Part shown: positions 58,801 to 64,000 of the stretch, one piece after another
Layout of the letters: the number at the start of each line of letters is the position of its first letter
Position numbering within the stretch: position 1 is the stretch's first letter
Origin: a virus
Length of the DNA: 64,000 nucleotides
Virus record (IMG/VR): IMGVR_UViG_3300018080_000142
Coordinates: 29,680-93,679 of that record
Reading direction: 5' to 3' (one strand)
Program-made: the position numbers and the translations under genes
The notes under the pieces: generated by a model
Seen by the model: only the letters and a program-made list of their open reading frames with translations
Told to the model about the DNA's origin: nothing
Databases searched by the model: none

Positions 58801-59201
58801 ATGATGATGGAGGCAATCAAACGTTTACTAACTGGGATTCTGACTCAAATCACCTGTTCGTTCCACATGGAAATGGAGGTGGACCAAGTTACGATGATGC
58901 AGTCAATGATGATGATAATACTCCAACTTACAGAACTGTTGCAGAATATACTTCTGTCGGTAATGGAGGTTCAAACGAGGTTGCTACTATGGACTTCTTT
59001 ACCACAACCGGTAAGGCATGGATAAGTGAAGCACCCTGGAATGATTCAGAGGATGATTTTATAGTTGTATATAATCCAACTGGCGGGTCAATGAGTGTTT
59101 CATTTACCGGTAATTTCAAAGACAAGAATGGAAATGCCGAATCATCACCATTTACTGTAAAACCTTGGAGCCATAGAATATTATATAAGGATCCACCATA
59201 A
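55890..59201 (+). CDS. Exported multidomain protein: SwmB-like domain plus right-handed beta-helix (pectin-lyase-like, possible depolymerase)
   Basis: Signal ...GSLFS|Q; FNELLDETSVPPASAF...LKDLAGYEVADF; WVDSEDGSNSNDGTTP...NDTVRIKRGS; GIYLDNG. Confidence 0.75.
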   Translation: MNGRKLILTLSAIFILGSLFSQRYAVKDSQGRILRGPSGFILADTSAIGIGEGPPILLSAEIGLLDDSIIVALFNELLDETSVPPASAFYVTEETGGSPTIVGDDFSTSYNPLHNDPDWNQSSGSGTFASTSGYAYCITSNGDNYVYHSGTFDDDQYAWVILNDVTNYFGPAVRADADSAILFYANAAGWYVGRVMSGSWETIGSGSRSFSDDDTLYTAASNDSIRCIHNSTQIFYDEMGSYYVGNGSPAMGSYLAVDGAKEFEGGELGASGSISEIGTNAISINDDSLFVALDSTAEIGANYLIDFTNTSNPKLKDLAGYEVADFVDTIVANNIGISPPPDTAYQFDISGQLRDSIDATQILGFDPTTTAVMLRGSYTTFPTTTSEGTLIHLGDTSSVKAKHKFSAADDNSLAYLSMFVSNGTYNTEYNRDTTFVDSVGQQEMIPEGDWWVDSEDGSNSNDGTTPATSVRDLQKVFSLNIQPNDTVRIKRGSVVSGQITLADAGLFIDGEEWGLPADPKAIWIGGDTMSGTWNESHADIWGIPFDDATRAMSFVVDGISKPVATGPWRDITGGASTTQFQDNTIGESSGYWDGAWVQSQMSSEWAFQSREVTDQTTITITTGTVAYGYSASRQYRFMHHNDTNVMYGNKGLAHFNDSVFMYSLSNPSSRVVIASQDDHAIIMNSMNGTVVQGIDFLGFIEEVFDINTSDNVKILNCGGGGARMFFNAYQSDNLEVDGGNDTAEFRNMYEDAFIYDGSDGGLIENMIFSNVGYPYGFVGMTTDLSEHGGAQFDNQIDGVTLQYCTFDSVAGRAMNTDEQNDQQKNIRWYKNYVHIACQLTSDCGCIYAVYDKDNSPSTRNEIIGNIIVNDGTDNGIYLDNGTDYWLLDSNFAYNLKIPFYVHTYDNTNDIILRRNSGIRNLQTTNSENYVMLIGTYIGSGHVGDSIEVKQNELVSTYLGSPGLRSFALTINDDGGNQTFTNWDSDSNHLFVPHGNGGGPSYDDAVNDDDNTPTYRTVAEYTSVGNGGSNEVATMDFFTTTGKAWISEAPWNDSEDDFIVVYNPTGGSMSVSFTGNFKDKNGNAESSPFTVKPWSHRILYKDPP

Positions 59202-59213
59202 AAACATATAGTT

Positions 59214-59516
59214 ATGGAATTTTTAATGTATTTTGGGTTAGCGATTGCTGGTGTGATACTTCACATAGGCATGAAATTTCGTGATGAGATCACGAAGAAC
59301 CCTGATAAGTCTTTCATTGAAATCAAAGAACTGTTCCAATGGAGGAAACATTTGTTCAGAGCTGCCGTAAGTGTTGTTATAGCAGGAATATTAGTTGGTA
59401 TACGTGATGAGATAGCTGATATTTATCCAATCACAAAGATAACAGCTGTTTTTCTCGGCTATGCTGCTGACAGCGTGTTCAAGAATATCGTGCCTGAAAA
59501 TCTGAGGGATGCCTGA
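59214..59516 (+). CDS. Holin-like membrane protein
   Basis: Three hydrophobic segments, FLGYAADSV motif. Confidence 0.6.
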   Translation: MEFLMYFGLAIAGVILHIGMKFRDEITKNPDKSFIEIKELFQWRKHLFRAAVSVVIAGILVGIRDEIADIYPITKITAVFLGYAADSVFKNIVPENLRDA

Positions 59517-59772
59517 ACAAACTTTCATAGAGAAGGTCAAATCTTATGCAACTCTGGTAGTTGCTTTCATAGCAATTATTGGATGGATTTCCACCTTTGT
59601 AGCTAACAGGGTAGGTCTCAGAAAGGATGTCGAGAATATACAGACTGATGTAACAGAGTTGAAGGAGGATGTTGAGTCATTAAATGCCACTCAGATTCAA
59701 GGTGGCAATGAGGATATTAGAATGCAGACTTTCATCGAACAACATATGAAATTGCATGAGCAGATGGATTAA
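59509..59772 (+). CDS. Membrane-anchored coiled-coil protein (lysis region)
   Basis: TM helix followed by heptads. Confidence 0.55.
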   Translation: MPEQTFIEKVKSYATLVVAFIAIIGWISTFVANRVGLRKDVENIQTDVTELKEDVESLNATQIQGGNEDIRMQTFIEQHMKLHEQMD

Positions 59773-59986
59773 ATATGTATTAATAGCAATAATTACGGCA
59801 ATTATTGTTGATATATCTTTGGGCGATGATCCCCCAAGAGATACTATTAAGGCTGAGGCTGAGATCGAAGTTCCGAGCAGGTCGTTGCAGATCGAGCAGA
59901 AAGTCCTGAACGATCAGATAAAAGAACGTCTGACTAAGTGGGATTCATTGATTATGAAACAGGATTCATTAATAAAGAAAGAATGA
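59756..59986 (+). CDS. Small membrane/exported protein (lysis region)
   Basis: N-terminal hydrophobic helix. Confidence 0.5.
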   Translation: MSRWIKYVLIAIITAIIVDISLGDDPPRDTIKAEAEIEVPSRSLQIEQKVLNDQIKERLTKWDSLIMKQDSLIKKE

Positions 59987-60501
59987 GATATTCACTGATT
60001 ATACTGATTTTACTGCTGTCAGGATGTTCTGCCCAAAAAAGAATTGCCAGAGGCCACAAGCTGATCGAAAAGTACCCGGTAATACTTGATAGTTACATTA
60101 CTGTTAAGGATTCTGTCAGCTACAAAGACACTACGATCTATCGTGATACAACCATTTATGATACACTTCCGGGAGAATATATCATCAAATCCGTTCAGAT
60201 ACCATGTCCGGATATCAAAATCGATCCGATAGAGAGCATTATAAGGGGCGTGAAGGTCCGATCTTGGATTGACAATGGTAGACTATACCAAGAGGTAGAT
60301 ATCCCGGATATGGTCTACAGATGGCGTTTAGATTCGGCAATTGTTGAGAAGAACAGATATGAAAAAAGGCTTGTCTCTGAAATAATGCGGCCACCGCCAG
60401 ATATTGTGATACCAAAATTGTTTCATTTCTATAGATCAGGATTCTTTATTTTGGCTGTACTATTTATTATTACCATATTCATGTTAATACTGAGAAAATG
60501 A
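59983..60501 (+). CDS. Lipoprotein with C-terminal TM helix (unimolecular spanin-like)
   Basis: MRYSLIILILLLSG|C lipobox and C-terminal GFFILAVLFIITIFMLIL. Confidence 0.6.
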   Translation: MRYSLIILILLLSGCSAQKRIARGHKLIEKYPVILDSYITVKDSVSYKDTTIYRDTTIYDTLPGEYIIKSVQIPCPDIKIDPIESIIRGVKVRSWIDNGRLYQEVDIPDMVYRWRLDSAIVEKNRYEKRLVSEIMRPPPDIVIPKLFHFYRSGFFILAVLFIITIFMLILRK

Positions 60502-61208
60502 AAATCGAGGATCTTGTATATGACGTTTTCGAGATAAAGGGAGCTACTGAGGATGACTCGGATCTTGACGAACTGTGGGTGCTTCACAAGATCAACAACT
60601 ATCGTTCGGCACTCATTAAAAGAGATTTTGATCTTTCAAATGAGATTAACCCGACCTGGCTGCAGAGAGTCCATAAGTTCAGCTGGGAAAAAACCAATGC
60701 CGCCGATGATCCTGCAATCACGTATAACAGCGTCAGATTAGGTAAGTACACCCTCCCGGCAGTAATATCCCTTCCGGATGATATGGGTACTTATAGAGTG
60801 ACTGGATCCTCGGCAATTCTTCAGCTCGAGGTGATTGACTTTGCCTTGCTGATGATGAAAGCCGAGATCGGTGAGCAGATCCCAGGAGAGTACGGATATT
60901 ACTCCAAGGTAGGGAATGTCATCTATTGCTATCCTTACATTATGGAAGGTTCGGCTATGATCGTAGCTGATAATCCTCTCGATGTACAGATCCACGATCC
61001 ATCGACCGGCGCTTTGAGAGATATGGTATTCACCGATGAATACCCGCTTGACAGAACTCTCGCCCAGGAAGCATTGCTCATGTTCCTTAAAAATGACATG
61101 GCCATTGCTGAAGGAGCAATAACAGATATTATCAACGATGCACAAGATCAGCTTAAAATATTAAAGGATGTTCGGACAACGCAACAAATACCGAGAAATA
61201 CGCAATAG
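60498..61208 (+). CDS. Tail ring protein (crAss-like)
   Basis: LVYDVFE...DDSDLDE...INNYRSALI...DEYPL...DIINDA pattern. Confidence 0.65.
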   Translation: MKIEDLVYDVFEIKGATEDDSDLDELWVLHKINNYRSALIKRDFDLSNEINPTWLQRVHKFSWEKTNAADDPAITYNSVRLGKYTLPAVISLPDDMGTYRVTGSSAILQLEVIDFALLMMKAEIGEQIPGEYGYYSKVGNVIYCYPYIMEGSAMIVADNPLDVQIHDPSTGALRDMVFTDEYPLDRTLAQEALLMFLKNDMAIAEGAITDIINDAQDQLKILKDVRTTQQIPRNTQ

Positions 61209-61557
61209 GATTATTAAGAAAATTTACAGAGGGCATAATACGAATGGATCATTGCGGGTAACTACAATTATAAAGAAATACCTACAGTATGCCATACCTG
61301 CCCTGGCACATGGGCATCCGATGAAGATAGTCCGGACGGTGCGAATAGAACTGGTTGATGAAAAACCTGCTGAATATGACAAAGACGACCATCTACGCTG
61401 TTTCCAAAGTGACAAATTATATGGGCATATGTTCTCAATTAAATTTACGTTTGCCAAATTCCATCATGAACATAAGTTCTATCCTGATGAAGAATTTCGG
61501 GAGATCTTACGTGCATCGATAGAATCTGACAATGTTTTTGAACTGGCAAAATCATGA
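61168..61557 (+). CDS. Hypothetical protein, possibly IHF-like
   Basis: Position between ring genes, where crAss-like phages carry IHF-like genes; weak motif support. Confidence 0.35.
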   Translation: MFGQRNKYREIRNRIIKKIYRGHNTNGSLRVTTIIKKYLQYAIPALAHGHPMKIVRTVRIELVDEKPAEYDKDDHLRCFQSDKLYGHMFSIKFTFAKFHHEHKFYPDEEFREILRASIESDNVFELAKS

Positions 61558-62237
61558 AAAGAGTAACCATAAGACAGGCGATGATTGATGCGGTAGAAGA
61601 AACTGATGCAAATCTTGCAAGGTATCCGAATCAAGCATTGAAATGGGCAAAGTATATTGAAAGAGAGATCGGTTCATATCTTGGTTACAAGGTAAAAGCC
61701 AAGACAATAACATTGAACGGTTGCTACCTAGACCTACCAACCGACTGTTACAGAGTTGAAGGTGTAGTCCTGGGAGATTACGAGGATGAATGCAACATCC
61801 AGTACCGGGATATCACATATCCAATAATCCGGGAAGAAACGATCGAGGGCGCAGATGTATATGACAGGGATCTGACTAAGCTATGGATCCCCGCCGAGAC
61901 AACATGGGTGAGCAGGTTATTCTGGGAAGAAATTGGCGATCAACTGCACATGATCAATGAATATGAGGATCAGGATGTCACTTTAATCTATAATTACACT
62001 GAAACCGATGATAAAGGATACTGGCTGGTAAATGAATCGCACATCGATGCCATCAAAAAGTACATCAAGTATAAGTACTCAGAGAAATACCGATGGAAAA
62101 TGCTGAAAAGCGATAAGTTGCTGCGCCAGGGACATCTTGTCGTGATTGAGGATCTGAAAAGAGATTACAACCTTGCCGTGAGGAATGCTAGGGCAGAGGA
62201 TGGCCGTGAATCACCATTTGAAACAGAACAATATTAA
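61554..62237 (+). CDS. Tail tubular/ring protein
   Basis: LPTDCY, VTLIYN..TDDKGYWLV...IDAIKKYI; precedes the stabilisation gene. Confidence 0.7.
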   Translation: MKRVTIRQAMIDAVEETDANLARYPNQALKWAKYIEREIGSYLGYKVKAKTITLNGCYLDLPTDCYRVEGVVLGDYEDECNIQYRDITYPIIREETIEGADVYDRDLTKLWIPAETTWVSRLFWEEIGDQLHMINEYEDQDVTLIYNYTETDDKGYWLVNESHIDAIKKYIKYKYSEKYRWKMLKSDKLLRQGHLVVIEDLKRDYNLAVRNARAEDGRESPFETEQY

Positions 62238-64000
62238 TGGATCCTATCGTAAATAGAATACATGACGGCATGCATCTTGATCATAACGAGTATGATCAGC
62301 CTGAAAATACCATGCGTAATAACCGGAATGGATTCATCATGGATCTTGAAAACGGCAATTTCCAATGGACAAATATCAAAGGCACGACCTATACCTTCAG
62401 GTTGAGTGCATATGACAAGGTCATGGCATGGACCTGGATCCGGGAGAGATTCTTCATACTTACCCTTAATGACAATGAGGATTTTGTCAGAATATCCGAG
62501 CTTTACTTTGATGAGCAGGGAGAGATCACCGATTACAGTGTTCGATGGCAGGGATCCAATACGGAGCTTAACTTAAGCCACGATCATCCTATCAGATCTA
62601 TCTGGGGATTCTATGAGAATGACGATATTCAAAGAATATACTGGAATGATTTTAATAATCAGCCGAGAACTCTTAACCTGCGCGGAACCGGAGTTCTGGA
62701 TCTCGAGGAAAAGTTTGCAAATTTCTTTCCAATCATTGAGGGCAGTTATGGAACATTCAGGCTCGGAGGGATTGTTTCAGGTGGTTCATGCCTGGCCGGT
62801 ACTTACTTCTTCGCATGGAGATTCTTCAAGGAAGGTTACTATACCGACTGGTCATATCTTACAACACCTGTCCATGTCACCGGAACACCGCTCGTAGATA
62901 CTTATGACGGCTACCAGGATAACCAGGGACAGGCTCCTGATGAAAATACCAATAAGAGGATCCGCATTACCTTGCAGGATCTTGACGTTGACTATGATTC
63001 CATCCAGATATGCTCCTTTTATTCCAATGACTATAATTCAGCTCAACCCGGTGTAATATTCTATGATGGTGACATCACCGGTGCTAACATGACCGTTGAC
63101 TTCATCGGTAGTGAAAACCTGGGAACAGTAACGATTGACGAACTTATTGAGACTTCCATCCTTATAGAACGCTGTAAGGATATGCGTCACATTAAGAAAT
63201 GGAATGTGATGTCGAATATCGAAGAAAGGGAGGAATTGGATGTGAGTACAATCCATCCGGAGGACAAGAATAACCAGATGAACGTCAATATAGAACCGTT
63301 CATCTACAGCATACCGCTTGATACAACAGCTTATCCGAGCGGAGGTTCGTGGACTCCCGGAAACAAAGCCTTGTACGGCATAAGATCCGGCTATACTGAG
63401 GCCGGCAATAAGATCATGCATAACGTATGGTACAGAGCATACGGTGGTGGAGTTCAATGGACAGATGATAACGGTATCCAGACTGTTGCCGATGGTGAAC
63501 TTTTCAAGCCAGTTGCAATTACCGGAACAGCAACGCTTGACTCAGGAACGGTCTACCAGGCAATCGTACTGCGGAAATACAAGAAAGCTACTGCAGGACC
63601 GGTCCCGGATATCAATGACGACTACGAAACGACTGTCTACGATATCTACAATGATTATTATAATTACAAGCATCCGGCCGTAAATGCCTTCTTAAAAGGA
63701 TATCCATCCAATGAACTTGTACGACTCGGAGTGTTGTTTTTCGACTTGACCGGCCGGCCATTTTTTGTTAGGTGGCTTAACAACCAGGATGCCACTTATG
63801 GCCAGCCTGACAACGGTGATACCAGGATCCCCAGACGTACTCAGGGTGGAAACTGGGACCTGGTTTTCTATGGCGATGATCAGGGATCAAGCGTCTGGGG
63901 TAGAGTCTCGGGAGGTATAATCGGACTTCGTGTGAGTAGTCTCGACATAACTCCGATCAAAGACAGGATAGGTGGTTTCATGATCGTAAGAGCGCCGATA
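62237..64000 (+). CDS. Tail stabilisation (muzzle) protein, truncated by the window end
   Basis: ATG at 62237 (TAATG overlap): MDPIVNRIHDGMHLDHNEYDQPENTMRNNRNG...RIYWND..NQPRTLN...; appears open to the end. Confidence 0.75.
   Translation, partial: MDPIVNRIHDGMHLDHNEYDQPENTMRNNRNGFIMDLENGNFQWTNIKGTTYTFRLSAYDKVMAWTWIRERFFILTLNDNEDFVRISELYFDEQGEITDYSVRWQGSNTELNLSHDHPIRSIWGFYENDDIQRIYWNDFNNQPRTLNLRGTGVLDLEEKFANFFPIIEGSYGTFRLGGIVSGGSCLAGTYFFAWRFFKEGYYTDWSYLTTPVHVTGTPLVDTYDGYQDNQGQAPDENTNKRIRITLQDLDVDYDSIQICSFYSNDYNSAQPGVIFYDGDITGANMTVDFIGSENLGTVTIDELIETSILIERCKDMRHIKKWNVMSNIEEREELDVSTIHPEDKNNQMNVNIEPFIYSIPLDTTAYPSGGSWTPGNKALYGIRSGYTEAGNKIMHNVWYRAYGGGVQWTDDNGIQTVADGELFKPVAITGTATLDSGTVYQAIVLRKYKKATAGPVPDINDDYETTVYDIYNDYYNYKHPAVNAFLKGYPSNELVRLGVLFFDLTGRPFFVRWLNNQDATYGQPDNGDTRIPRRTQGGNWDLVFYGDDQGSSVWGRVSGGIIGLRVSSLDITPIKDRIGGFMIVRAPI

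Noticed and set aside
47908-59201. Type IX secretion cargo or a host genomic island
   Set aside because: No T9SS C-terminal motif is visible; the genes are tightly coupled to phage lysis and tail genes and contain phage fibre motifs
1-64000. Stop-codon reassignment, as in some crAss-like phages
   Set aside because: Terminase, portal, capsid and fibre genes are uninterrupted in the standard code, and TAA, TGA and TAG all end genes
1-64000. CRISPR array, diversity-generating retroelement, integrase or transposase
   Set aside because: No regularly spaced repeat-spacer units and no reverse transcriptase, recombinase or transposase motifs were recognised; the 17-bp repeats flank whole genes

Overview
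This 64 kb window is part of a double-stranded DNA phage genome with a crAss-like (Crassvirales-related) virion module. It very probably infects a Bacteroidota host: TAnnTTTG promoters, AT-rich leaders without Shine-Dalgarno sites, Q-rule signal peptides and a GE...LAA tmRNA tag all point that way. It reads in the standard genetic code. The left arm (1-23.2 kb, minus strand) holds replication and host-interaction genes: a Twinkle/T7-gp4-type primase-helicase, an SF2 helicase, a DnaA C-terminal-domain protein, a nuclease, a J-domain protein, RadC/JAB, a RepL-like protein with an iteron-like array, SSB-like proteins and many small ORFs. The coding strand switches at about 23.2 kb, inside a strongly GC-skewed, origin-like region. 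The right arm (plus strand) has small early-type ORFs including a Tad2/DUF2829 fusion, then exonuclease, terminase, portal, scaffold, major capsid, ring and auxiliary proteins, fibre-like proteins, lysis genes, more ring/tube proteins and the start of the tail stabilisation (muzzle) gene. Two observations stand out. (1) A minimal, circularly permuted two-piece tmRNA gene with a long (about 280 nt), highly structured intervening segment. (2) An 11 kb block of six fibre/lectin/beta-helix proteins inside the lysis cassette that all carry Bacteroidota-type Sec signal peptides with Gln at +1; several are rich in the host O-glycosylation sequon, suggesting export to the periplasm and host glycosylation. 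All family calls come from motif recognition by eye; no database searches were run.
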